Assembly (NCBI GenBank): GCA_910586475.1 | Contig: CAJUHM010000004.1 | Span: 1,277-65,276, forward strand | From: an uncultured Muribaculaceae bacterium | Lineage (GTDB): Bacteria; Bacteroidota; Bacteroidia; Bacteroidales; Muribaculaceae | Reading direction: 5' to 3' | Length of the DNA: 64,000 bases | Part shown: one piece after another, positions 28,636-38,411 of the stretch | Position numbering within the stretch: the first letter of the stretch is position 1 | Layout: the number at the start of each line of letters is the position of its first letter | Notes under the pieces: generated by a model | Databases searched by the model: none | What the model was told of the DNA's origin: nothing | Seen by the model: only the letters and a program-made list of their open reading frames with translations | Position numbers and translations under genes: made by a program

Positions 28636-29952
28636 ATGAAAAAAATCGTGATAGCTGTAGCTTCGCTTTTCGCATTTCTTGGAGCGAACGCCGAGGGCTA
28701 CCAAATCAACACTTTGAGCGCAAAACAATTGGGTATGGGACATACCGGAACCGCTCTTAAGCTTGGATCGGAGAGTATGATATTCAACCCGGGTGCACTC
28801 GGTTTCTCCGACAAGACTCTTGATATCTCTGGATCTGTGACAGGTATCAAAGCTGATGCAACAGCAACTTATGAAGGCGTTGACTACAAGACAGACAACG
28901 GGCTCTCGACACCCCTCGCTCTCAACGTGGCTTTCAAAGTCTACGATAACCTGCAGGCCGGCGTTTCGTTCTATACTCCCTATGGCAGCGGAATCAACTG
29001 GACCAAAAGCTGGCCCGGATCGATGCTCAACCAAAAAGTGGATCTCAAGGTCTATAACATCCAGCCGACAATTTCGTGGCGCATCACTGAAAAGCTCTCT
29101 GTCGGCGTCGGAATGATGCTTTCCTGGGGTAGTGTCAACCTCGACAAGGCCCTCATTCCCGGAGCAGCCTTCGATCAGTATGCCGGAATGCCGATTCTCG
29201 GAAATACTCCTGCCGCCTCTGTCAATCTCAAAGGGACAAGCCATGTTTCCCTCGGTGCGAACGTCGGAGTTCTCTACGACATCAACCGCAAATGGAGCGT
29301 TGGTGCGAATTTCCGCACAAAAATGGGAATGAAGGTCACCTCCGGAACCGCGACACTCAGCTATGCCAACGATCAGATTGCGGGAATGTTGTCAAATCTG
29401 CCCCTCGGATATATCAACGAAGCTAATTTCGCATCAGAAATGCCCTGTCCCTACGTGCTCAATGTCGGTGCGTCGTTCAAGCCCGACAGCCGTTGGACAA
29501 TTGCCGCCGATGTGACCCTGACCGGCTGGAAAGCCTATAAGAATCTCCAAATCACTTTCCCCGAACTCTCGGAGATCCTTCAGCAAAACTTCAATCAGGA
29601 TATTCCCAAAAACTACAAAAACTCGCTGACCTACCATGTCGGTGCCCAGTATGCCGTCACTGACCGTGCCGATCTCCGTCTCGGTCTAATGGTCGACACT
29701 TCCCCCGTCAACCACGATAACTACAACCCCGAAACACCCGGAATGACAAAGATCGAACCGACTGTCGGATTCTCATTCCGTCCGGTCAGCCAGCTTTCGA
29801 TTGACTTCGCATTCATGTATGTGGCAGGACTTGGGGTCGACAATGCAAAGTGCTCCTATGTTGACATGCTCACTCAGCAACCTAAGGAGTTCGTGGCCGA
29901 CTACAAATGCCACGCTTTCGCTCCGTCGATCGGACTGTCCTATTCTTTCTGA
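28636..29952 (+). CDS. OmpP1/FadL family outer-membrane transporter
   Basis: Signal peptide, GYQ N-terminus, FNPG motif, TPYG, C-terminal YSF; TAACTTTG at 28599-28606. Confidence 0.88.
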   Translation: MKKIVIAVASLFAFLGANAEGYQINTLSAKQLGMGHTGTALKLGSESMIFNPGALGFSDKTLDISGSVTGIKADATATYEGVDYKTDNGLSTPLALNVAFKVYDNLQAGVSFYTPYGSGINWTKSWPGSMLNQKVDLKVYNIQPTISWRITEKLSVGVGMMLSWGSVNLDKALIPGAAFDQYAGMPILGNTPAASVNLKGTSHVSLGANVGVLYDINRKWSVGANFRTKMGMKVTSGTATLSYANDQIAGMLSNLPLGYINEANFASEMPCPYVLNVGASFKPDSRWTIAADVTLTGWKAYKNLQITFPELSEILQQNFNQDIPKNYKNSLTYHVGAQYAVTDRADLRLGLMVDTSPVNHDNYNPETPGMTKIEPTVGFSFRPVSQLSIDFAFMYVAGLGVDNAKCSYVDMLTQQPKEFVADYKCHAFAPSIGLSYSF

Positions 29953-30073
29953 CGGTCTGTGAAAAAAATCCGATCTCGCGTGAACAAATTCCACCCTTCC
30001 GGAGTTATTAAACATTGATAAGCTATATCAATGATCAAAACTTATTTAACCCCTAATTTGAAAACTAAAAGTT

Positions 30074-30298
30074 ATGAAAAAAGTTGTTCTTACATTAGCT
30101 GTGGTAGCCGCAGTAGGACTGGTCGCCTGCAACAGCAAAGCTAAAGAAGAAGCTCAGGCTGCAGCCGCCGATTCTACAGAAGCACTTCTCATCGAAGAAG
30201 AAACTGTGACTCTTGTCGAAGACTCTGCTGCCGCTACTGTTGACACTGTTGTCGCTGCCGTTTCGGACGCTGTCGACTCAGTTGCAGCTCAGAAGTAA
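30074..30298 (+). CDS. Small acidic Ala-rich lipoprotein
   Basis: MKK + hydrophobic stretch + LVAC lipobox; followed by a terminator. Confidence 0.8.
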   Translation: MKKVVLTLAVVAAVGLVACNSKAKEEAQAAAADSTEALLIEEETVTLVEDSAAATVDTVVAAVSDAVDSVAAQK

Positions 30299-30343
30299 GA
30301 AAGGCGACCCGCTTAGGCGAGCCACCAACTGAACTTCAGAAAA

Positions 30344-30385
30344 TAACCGTTGCCACGTCACGATGAGGCAACGGTTAATTTTTTT
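30344..30385 (+). terminator. Intrinsic terminator
   Basis: TAACCGTTGCC/GGCAACGGTTA followed by a T-run. Confidence 0.8.
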
Positions 30386-30492
30386 GTTTTCTGTGCCGAA
30401 CGAAGAAGCCTTTCGGGGTGTTTTATTTTCAACTCCTGCACTCCTGCACGGATAATCACGGTTTCAATTTGAAAATAAATTACCTTCATCCC

Positions 30493-31791
30493 ATGTCCCG
30501 TTTCTCATATCTGAGCGTCATCATTATGCTCGCATCTTTTTTCGCAATTCCCGCCAGTGCACTCAAACCTCGTGAAATGCCTGACACGTTTCTGATTCCC
30601 GAACGCGCTGTCATCGCGACCGGAAGCCCCGAGCAGGCCGGCGCTCTTGTTGCGATCCTCTATGACACCCACGAACTCCATTTCGCCGATCCGTCGAGTC
30701 CGCGGTTTCTTTTCCTTGACCGCGAAGGAAAAGTCGCTTTAGGCATCGGCGGCTACATCAAAGGAACTGCGCAATATGACTTCGACGGAGCCATCGATGA
30801 CGGAGCTTCATTCGTGACCTATGACATTCCGGTGCCGGCCAATCCGGCTCAGCGCGAGCAGTTCTACGGCAATGCCAACCATTCGACGCTCTTCCTCCAG
30901 CTCGTCGGGCGCAGCTCCCGCTTCGGCTACTATCAGGTCTATGCCCAGACCGAGTTCACCGGAGGTGGCGAAAGTGGCTATGGTCTGACCCTCAAGCAGG
31001 CCTATCTGAAAGTGGGCTATGTGACAGCCGGACTTGCCAACAGTACGTTTGTCGACGGTAGCGCCGGCACTCCCGCCGTCGACGACCAGGGCCCGTCGGG
31101 TGAGATGAGCCGCAAGAATGTTCTTGTCCGCTATGCGCCCAGGTTTTCCGATCATATTTCGGCTGGGATAGGAATCGAGATGCCGGCCGTCAGTGTGACA
31201 ACCGATGCTTCGACCGAAAAAATCAATCCGCGTGTTCCCGATATTCCCGTCTACGTCCAGTATGAATGGGGCGGGGGAAACAGCCACCTCCGGTTCTCGG
31301 CCCTTTGGCGCAACCAGACCTATCGGGATCTCAAGACAGCGCGAAACCGGTTTTCGACCGGATGGGCGCTCCAGCTGTCGGGAATCGCGCATCTGACTAA
31401 AATTTTCGCCGTCTACTATCAGGGAGCCTACGGACATGGCTACGGCTCTTATATCAACGATTTGTCAGGCAACGGCATGGACCTTGTCTACGGAAGGACC
31501 GAAGGAGAGATGAAATCGCCCGCAATGTCCAATATGGAGTTGGGATTCAGATATGACGCTTCGTCCAAAGTTTATTTTTCCGGGTCTTACAGCGAGGTTC
31601 GCACCTTTAAACTCGGCTATCTCGGTCCGGACACTTACAAAGGCAGCCGCTATCTCGGAATCAGCGGGTTCTATAATCTTGCATCGGATCTGACGATCGG
31701 AGCCGAATATCTCTGGGGACAGCGCAAGAACTACAACGGTGCGCGCAATCATGCAAACCGCATCATGGCTCTTCTTCAATACAACTTCTGA
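30493..31791 (+). CDS. DcaP-like outer-membrane porin
   Basis: Signal peptide from ATG 30493; GIGGYIK, LKQAY, PDIP, GAEYLWG, C-terminal QYNF. Confidence 0.8.
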   Translation: MSRFSYLSVIIMLASFFAIPASALKPREMPDTFLIPERAVIATGSPEQAGALVAILYDTHELHFADPSSPRFLFLDREGKVALGIGGYIKGTAQYDFDGAIDDGASFVTYDIPVPANPAQREQFYGNANHSTLFLQLVGRSSRFGYYQVYAQTEFTGGGESGYGLTLKQAYLKVGYVTAGLANSTFVDGSAGTPAVDDQGPSGEMSRKNVLVRYAPRFSDHISAGIGIEMPAVSVTTDASTEKINPRVPDIPVYVQYEWGGGNSHLRFSALWRNQTYRDLKTARNRFSTGWALQLSGIAHLTKIFAVYYQGAYGHGYGSYINDLSGNGMDLVYGRTEGEMKSPAMSNMELGFRYDASSKVYFSGSYSEVRTFKLGYLGPDTYKGSRYLGISGFYNLASDLTIGAEYLWGQRKNYNGARNHANRIMALLQYNF

Positions 31792-31817
31792 CGCCTTACG
31801 CCCGAACGTGGCACATT

Positions 31818-32036
31818 TCAGACGCCTGCGATCATGACCGACCGTCGGGCAGTCCATCCCTGTGAACTGTTTCGGAGATCTATCGTTGCCAGCCCACGGC
31901 TGATTCCGGCCTTTCTGAGCAGAATCGAAAGGATTTCAGAATAGGAGGTCACGCCGTCGGTCTTGATTGTGGCGCAGATTTTCCCTCTGAGGGAGAGTGT
32001 TGCGAAAATAACGTCAGTGAGAGAAATTGTTGCCAT
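31818..32036 (-). CDS. Small hypothetical protein (72 aa)
   Basis: Fills the gap between genes, AT-rich leader, own TAATTTTG -7 element at 32101-32108 (-). Confidence 0.65.
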   Translation of the reverse strand: MATISLTDVIFATLSLRGKICATIKTDGVTSYSEILSILLRKAGISRGLATIDLRNSSQGWTARRSVMIAGV

Positions 32037-32390
32037 GATTGTTATTGCCTTTATCGTTGAATATGATGTGTCTTAGATCGTAATTGTTTGGATGACACTG
32101 CAAAATTAGCCGGACAGTGGGCAAAAACTATGCTCGCTTTAATTAAAATGAATTAAATGTGGCCTTTGCCGACGGAATCTCATAAGACCTGTCAGTAACT
32201 GTTGCCACGACCTTTTGCCGTTTGATCACCTTTTTTAACTCGCATTTTGCCCCTATTTGGCCATCACTGAATCAACTAACATTTTCTTTGACCTTTGTCA
32301 ATCCAATTAAATTCAGTAAATTTGCACTCTGACAGCTCTGGCAGCAGCCCGAACTGTCAGAGTGCATCAATCAAATTCAAATTGAAAGCG

Positions 32391-35300
32391 ATGAAAAAGT
32401 TTAACGTCTACGATAAATTCAATTTATCAACTATCAATAAAGAAGTGCTCGCCGAATGGCAGCGCAAAGGTTTGTTCGAACAGAGCCTTGCCGAGCGCGA
32501 AGGCGCACCCTCGTTTGTCTTTTTCGAAGGTCCTCCTTCGGCCAATGGACAGCCCGGCATCCACCATGTAATGGCCCGCACGATCAAAGATATTTTCTGT
32601 CGTTACAAAACGATGCGCGGATTCCATGTGAAACGTCGTGCCGGATGGGACACCCATGGTCTGCCTGTCGAGCTCGGAGTCGAAAAAACTCTCGGAATCA
32701 CCAAAGAAGACATCGGCTCTAAAATTTCCGTTGACGACTACAATGCAGCCTGCCGCCGCGAAGTGATGAAATACACTCAGGAATGGGAGCAGCTCACCTC
32801 AATGATGGGCTATTGGGTCGATATGGAAAACGCCTATATCACCTACGACAACCGCTACATCGAGTCTGTATGGTGGCTTCTGCGTCAGATCTATGACAAA
32901 GGCCTTCTCTACAAAGGCTACACCATCCAGCCTTATTCGCCGGCAGCAGGAACCGGTCTCAGTTCCCATGAGCTCAATCAGGAAGGCTGCTATCGCGACG
33001 TGAAAGACACAACCTGTATCGCTCAGTTCGAGATGCTCGATCCGAAAGAGATCATGAACGGCTGGGGACAGGCCTATTTCCTCGCATGGACAACAACCCC
33101 CTGGACTCTCCCTTCAAACACTGCACTCGCTGTCGGACCGCAGATCGTCTACAACGTAGTGCGCACCTACAATCCCTATTCCGGCAAACCTGAGACTGTC
33201 GTGGTCGCTGAAGCTCTGATGAGCTCGCTCTTTAATGAGAAAGCAGCGTCTCTCTCTCTCGACGAATATGAAAAGGGCAGCAAACTGATTCCTTGGCAGG
33301 TTGTCGGATCATTCAGAGGCGAGGAACTCGTTGGAATGACATATCGTCAGCTCATCCCCTGGGTCAACCCGGGCGAAGGCGCTTTCCGTGTAATCCCCGG
33401 CGACTACGTCACGACCGATGACGGTACCGGAATCGTCCACATTGCCGGGACTTTCGGTGCGGATGACCTCCGTGTGTCAAAGCAGAACGGAATTCCGCCG
33501 CTTCACCTTATCGACCGTGACGGCAACATCCGTCCGATGGTCGATCTCAAAGGACGTTTCTTCCGTCTCGAAGACCTCGACAGTAAATTTGTCGAAGAAA
33601 ATGTCGATGTCGAGGCCTATTCACCCTGGCAGGGAAAATATGTCAAGAACGCCTACGATTCCACCAAATCCGACAAAGACGAAACTCTTGACATTGAAAT
33701 CTGCATGTGGCTCAAACAGAACGATAAAGTCTTTAAGATTGAGAAGCATGTCCACAACTATCCCCACTGCTGGCGCACCGACAAACCGGTTCTTTACTAT
33801 CCGCTCGACAGCTGGTTCATCCGTTCGACCGCCGTTCGCGAGCGTCTGATGGAACTCAACAAGACAATCAAATGGAAACCCCAGGCAACCGGAACCGGAC
33901 GTTTCGGAAAATGGCTCGAGAATCTTCAGGACTGGAATCTATCCCGTAGCCGCTACTGGGGAACTCCGCTTCCGATCTGGCGCACTGACGATGCAAAAGA
34001 AGAAATATGCATCGACTCCGTGGCCATGCTCTATGACGAAATCGAGCGAGCTGTCGAAGCCGGACTGATGGCGTCCAATCCGCTCAAAGACCGTGGCTTT
34101 GTTGTCGGTGACTATTCCAAGGCCAACTACGGGAAGATTGATCTCCACCGTCCTTATGTCGACGACATCGTGCTCCTCAGCTCCTCCGGCAAGCCGATGC
34201 ACCGTGAATTAGACCTCATTGACGTCTGGTTCGATTCAGGCGCGATGCCTTATGCCCAGAACCACTACCCCTTCGAAAACAAAGAGAAGATGGAATCCGG
34301 CAACCTTTTCCCGGCCGATTTCATTGCCGAGGGTGTCGATCAGACCCGTGGATGGTTCTTCACGCTCCATGCAATCTCCGGAATGGTGCGCGATTCTGTA
34401 GCCTACAAGACCGTTATCTCCAACGGGCTCGTCCTTGACAAATTCGGCGAGAAAATGTCGAAGCGAAAAGGCAACGCTGTCGATCCGTTCAAGGCTATCG
34501 AGGACTTCGGTTCAGATCCACTGCGCTGGTACATGATTTCAAACTCTTCGCCGTGGGAAAACCTCAAGTTCAATGCTGAAGGTGTGACCGAAGTCAGCCG
34601 CAAATTCTTCTCGACTCTCCACAACACATATTCCTTCTTCGCGCTCTACGCAAATGTCGACGGATTCGATCACGACGAAGCCCCTCTGGCCCTTTCCTCC
34701 CGTCCCGAAATCGACCGCTGGATCATCTCGCTGCTCAACACTCTGGTCAAGAATGTCGGTGAGTCGCTCGATGACTATGAACCGACACGTGCGGCCCGCG
34801 CCATAAGCGATTTTGTCAACGACGACCTCTCCAACTGGTATGTCCGGCTCAATCGTAAGCGCTTCTGGGGTAAAGAAATGGATGATGACAAGAAGTCGGC
34901 CTACCAGACACTCTATGCATGTCTGAAAACAGTCTCGATGCTTATAGCTCCGATCGCACCCTTCTATGCCGACCGTCTTTATTCCGATCTCACACGCAGC
35001 GACAGATCAGTCCATATCTCGATCTTCCCGGCTGTCGACGAGAGTGCGATCGACAAGGATCTGGAAAAACGCATGCGTCTGGCCCAGCAGGTTACCTCAA
35101 TGGTCCTCTCACTGCGCCGCAAGGCCGACATCAGGGTGCGCCAGCCGCTGGGCCGCATCATGATTCCTGCTGTCGACGAAACCCAGAAAGGCTATATCGA
35201 ATCGATGAGTGCAATTGTGCTCAATGAAGTCAATGTCAAGACTCTCGAAATGGTTTCTGCTGAATCCGGAATTCTCGTCAAGAAAGTAAAACCGGATTTC

Positions 35301-35807
35301 AAAAAACTCGGCCCGAAATTCGGCAAGGCCATGAAGCAGGTTGCTGCCGCCATCACGCAGCTTGATCAGCCGTCGATCGCTCAGCTTGAGCGCGAAGGCT
35401 CTGTTTCAATAGATCTCGGCGGAACTCCCGCCGTCATCGAGGCCTGTGACGTAGAAATCATTTCCGAGGACATCCCCGGCTGGCTTGTTGCCAACGAAGG
35501 CAACCTGACAGTGGCGCTCGACATAACCGTAACCCCCGAGTTGCGTCGCGAAGGAATCGCCCGTGAAATCGTCAACCGCGTCCAGAACATCCGAAAAGAA
35601 CGTGGCTTCGAGATAACAGATAAAATCACGCTTACGTTCGGCTCCATGCCCGAAACGGACGACGCTATCCGCGAATACAGTTCATACATCAGCAAGCAGG
35701 TTCTTGCCGAGTCTCTCGTTGTCAAGCCGTTGGCCAGTGATGCCGAAGGCGCGCGTACACTTGATATCGATGGATTGAACCTTACGGTCATTGTGGCGTT
35801 ATGTTAG
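32391..35807 (+). CDS. ileS: Isoleucyl-tRNA synthetase (type 2)
   Basis: GPPSANG-PGIHH, GWDTHGLP, WTTTPWTLP, SRSRYWG, KMSKR; start ATG 32391. Confidence 0.97.
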   Translation: MKKFNVYDKFNLSTINKEVLAEWQRKGLFEQSLAEREGAPSFVFFEGPPSANGQPGIHHVMARTIKDIFCRYKTMRGFHVKRRAGWDTHGLPVELGVEKTLGITKEDIGSKISVDDYNAACRREVMKYTQEWEQLTSMMGYWVDMENAYITYDNRYIESVWWLLRQIYDKGLLYKGYTIQPYSPAAGTGLSSHELNQEGCYRDVKDTTCIAQFEMLDPKEIMNGWGQAYFLAWTTTPWTLPSNTALAVGPQIVYNVVRTYNPYSGKPETVVVAEALMSSLFNEKAASLSLDEYEKGSKLIPWQVVGSFRGEELVGMTYRQLIPWVNPGEGAFRVIPGDYVTTDDGTGIVHIAGTFGADDLRVSKQNGIPPLHLIDRDGNIRPMVDLKGRFFRLEDLDSKFVEENVDVEAYSPWQGKYVKNAYDSTKSDKDETLDIEICMWLKQNDKVFKIEKHVHNYPHCWRTDKPVLYYPLDSWFIRSTAVRERLMELNKTIKWKPQATGTGRFGKWLENLQDWNLSRSRYWGTPLPIWRTDDAKEEICIDSVAMLYDEIERAVEAGLMASNPLKDRGFVVGDYSKANYGKIDLHRPYVDDIVLLSSSGKPMHRELDLIDVWFDSGAMPYAQNHYPFENKEKMESGNLFPADFIAEGVDQTRGWFFTLHAISGMVRDSVAYKTVISNGLVLDKFGEKMSKRKGNAVDPFKAIEDFGSDPLRWYMISNSSPWENLKFNAEGVTEVSRKFFSTLHNTYSFFALYANVDGFDHDEAPLALSSRPEIDRWIISLLNTLVKNVGESLDDYEPTRAARAISDFVNDDLSNWYVRLNRKRFWGKEMDDDKKSAYQTLYACLKTVSMLIAPIAPFYADRLYSDLTRSDRSVHISIFPAVDESAIDKDLEKRMRLAQQVTSMVLSLRRKADIRVRQPLGRIMIPAVDETQKGYIESMSAIVLNEVNVKTLEMVSAESGILVKKVKPDFKKLGPKFGKAMKQVAAAITQLDQPSIAQLEREGSVSIDLGGTPAVIEACDVEIISEDIPGWLVANEGNLTVALDITVTPELRREGIAREIVNRVQNIRKERGFEITDKITLTFGSMPETDDAIREYSSYISKQVLAESLVVKPLASDAEGARTLDIDGLNLTVIVALC

Positions 35808-35870
35808 AAACGCCGGTTCTTCCGACCACGCGTTTATTCGTCGAACCTACATTCTGAAATTCATCCGTTT

Positions 35871-36248
35871 ATGACTGAAAAAACTCGCTACTCCGATGAG
35901 GAACTTCTTGAATTCAAGGAACTGATCCTCAAAAAGCTTGAAAAAGCCCAGGCCGATTTCGAACTCTATCGGGCCTATGTCAGCAATCGAGAAGGAAACG
36001 ACACTGCCGACACCTCACCGACATTCAAAGTGCTCGAAGAGGGTGCTTTGACTCTTGGAAAGGAGCAGGCGGGCCGGATGGCAGAGCGTCAGATGAAGTT
36101 TATCAACCATCTTCAGGCAGCTCTGGTCAGAATCGAAAACAAGACTTACGGCGTTTGCCGTGTGACCGGAAAACTCATCCCGAAGGAGCGTCTTCGTGCT
36201 GTTCCGCATGCGACTCTGGCAATTGAAGCCAAGCAACAGGACCACTGA
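35871..36248 (+). CDS. dksA: TraR/DksA family transcription factor
   Basis: ALVRIENKTYGVC..G..IPKERLRAVP; lies between ileS and lspA. Confidence 0.85.
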   Translation: MTEKTRYSDEELLEFKELILKKLEKAQADFELYRAYVSNREGNDTADTSPTFKVLEEGALTLGKEQAGRMAERQMKFINHLQAALVRIENKTYGVCRVTGKLIPKERLRAVPHATLAIEAKQQDH

Positions 36249-36497
36249 TCCCGCTCCGGACCTCTCCTTAAAAACAGATAATTAACAGAAACCAAACAAT
36301 TCAGCCACATGAAGGGATTCTGTGAAATCCGGTCCGGCGTCGTTTCCCGGTCCGTAATGACAAACTGACAGCGCTTGAGGATGAATCAGATGATTTGAAG
36401 TCGATTCATCCTCGGCCGTTTGTCGGCGTCGCTATTCCGGCAGACCGCCACGTCAGCGCCGAAACAGCAGTCCTTTCCTGTGTCCACCTATCATTTA

Positions 36498-37184
36498 ATG
36501 TCAACGACAACCAGTCAATCCAACAGTCATCCGCTGAGACGCCATCGCGGACTTCTTGCTACTCTGATCATAGTCGCCGTTATATTCCTCGACCAGATAA
36601 TCAAAATCTGGGTCAAGACCAGTTTTTATATGAATGAAGACTATGAGATAACCTCATGGTTCCATCTTCATTTCATTGAAAACAACGGAATGGCCTTCGG
36701 AATGGAGATCGGGCCAAAAATCTTTCTGACCTGTTTTCGGCTCGTTCTGGCCGGCGCTCTCATATGGGCATTATGCAAACTGCGGAAAATACCGACAGTC
36801 AAGACCGGATTCCTTGTCTGTCTGGCGCTGATTGTGGCCGGTGCCATCGGAAACATAATCGACTGTGTTTTCTATGGTGTCATCTTCAATAATCCGTTTC
36901 CCCCCGAGCTTGCAACCATCTTCCCTCCCGACGGAGGCTACGGGACGCTGTTTCATGGCCGGGTTGTCGACATGTTCTATTTCCCGCTCTTCTCCTTCAT
37001 GTGGCCGTCATGGGTTCCCGGTGTCGGAGGACAGCAGTTTCTCTTTTTCCAGCCGATCTTCAATCTGGCCGATGCCGCTATCTCATGCGGTATGATCGCC
37101 GCTCTGATTTTCTATCCCAAGCAACTGACAATTCCGACCCCTTCATCATCATCTTCTGAAAATGAAGAGAATCAGCCTAAATAA
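36498..37184 (+). CDS. lspA: Lipoprotein signal peptidase II
   Basis: DQIIK, ENNGMAFG, GAIGNIID, VVDM, FNLAD; ATG 36498 preferred. Confidence 0.93.
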   Translation: MSTTTSQSNSHPLRRHRGLLATLIIVAVIFLDQIIKIWVKTSFYMNEDYEITSWFHLHFIENNGMAFGMEIGPKIFLTCFRLVLAGALIWALCKLRKIPTVKTGFLVCLALIVAGAIGNIIDCVFYGVIFNNPFPPELATIFPPDGGYGTLFHGRVVDMFYFPLFSFMWPSWVPGVGGQQFLFFQPIFNLADAAISCGMIAALIFYPKQLTIPTPSSSSSENEENQPK

Positions 37185-38172
37185 ATTCCTTCCGGCCATT
37201 TCGGGAGCACTCCTCCTTGCCATGCTCCCCGCATGCTCCGGACGTCCGTCAGAAGTCATGTCGAAAGAAGAGATGGCTCAGTTTCTCGCCGACCTCCACA
37301 CTGGCGAAAGCGTCGTTGAGGCATCCTCAAGATCCTTTCCGACCGATTCAACCCGCAGAGTTCTCCTGCAGGCTCTTTATAAAAAGCATGGTGTCACACG
37401 GGAGCAGGTTGATTCATCATTCAGCTGGTACGGCTATCACATCGAAAAATATATGGAGGTCTACGACCGCACCGTCGAGATCCTCGAAGAGCGTCTCGAC
37501 AAGGCTCAGGAAATCGCCGGAGCCTCAGCGTCGGGCAGTTCGGAGATCACTGTCAACCTTCAGGGTGACTCAGTCGACGTCTGGCCCGGATTCCGCTGGC
37601 GCCGTTTCTCGGCCAATATGCCTAACGACCAGATTACATTCAATATCTCGCCGGACAACAACTGGGAGAGGGGTGACGTCTATACCCTGCGCACCAAATT
37701 CCTTGACAACCACGCTCCCGTCGTGTTCACCATCGCTGCCGAATACACCGACGGACGCCGCGAATACATCAGCGCAACCCAGCCCGGCGACGGATGGCAC
37801 GAAATCAGTTTTGCCCTTGACTCAGCCCGCTCGGCCCAGCGGGTCTACGGCATCATCACCTATACACCGGCCCGAAACGAAACCGTTTTCATTGACTCCA
37901 TTTCGCTCTACCGAACCCGGTGGGGAGGCCACTACCGTGATGTCCGCAAGAGTGTGAAACCTTTCGAAAACCGCACTGTCAGGAAGTCATCGTCATCGTC
38001 CGAGGCGACTCCGGCATCCGCTGCCGACAAGCCGGCGCTGTTATCACTTCCTCAGCAGAAGGACAAGATGCTTAATGTCGAAAGCACGGCGCCGATGAAA
38101 CCCTTATCTGACCCTGTCACTCCTCTCAGTGAGCGTCTGAAAAAACGTCCGGTCCCCCCTGTAAGAAAATGA
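37162..38172 (+). CDS. DUF4296-domain lipoprotein
   Basis: Lipobox LPAC; EMAQFLADLH, KHGVT...DSSFSWY; follows lspA. Confidence 0.8.
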   Translation: MKRISLNKFLPAISGALLLAMLPACSGRPSEVMSKEEMAQFLADLHTGESVVEASSRSFPTDSTRRVLLQALYKKHGVTREQVDSSFSWYGYHIEKYMEVYDRTVEILEERLDKAQEIAGASASGSSEITVNLQGDSVDVWPGFRWRRFSANMPNDQITFNISPDNNWERGDVYTLRTKFLDNHAPVVFTIAAEYTDGRREYISATQPGDGWHEISFALDSARSAQRVYGIITYTPARNETVFIDSISLYRTRWGGHYRDVRKSVKPFENRTVRKSSSSSEATPASAADKPALLSLPQQKDKMLNVESTAPMKPLSDPVTPLSERLKKRPVPPVRK

Positions 38173-38396
38173 TCGAGCGATGGGCGGCCCATGAAATAAT
38201 CTTCGAGGGCCGGACATATAAAATGAGTGTAATCGAACTGGCCGACGGTTCGGTGGTGCGGATTTGTCCGCTGACCGACGAAATCCACTCAACCAGATTT
38301 TTCAACGGCTGCATCTGCGTCGCAGTCCGAGACTCGCGCCTCCAGCTGCTTGATCAGTTCCCCCTCGCGACACGAACTCATCAGCATAACCCCTGA
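38169..38396 (+). CDS. Small hypothetical protein (75 aa)
   Basis: ATGA overlap with the upstream stop; fills the operon gap. Confidence 0.6.
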   Translation: MIERWAAHEIIFEGRTYKMSVIELADGSVVRICPLTDEIHSTRFFNGCICVAVRDSRLQLLDQFPLATRTHQHNP

Positions 38397-38411
38397 CCGC
38401 CACGGTGTTTT

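Noticed and set aside
30422..30479. Invertible (phase-variable) promoter
   Set aside because: Only 36 nt between the repeats, no promoter inside, and no recombinase in the window
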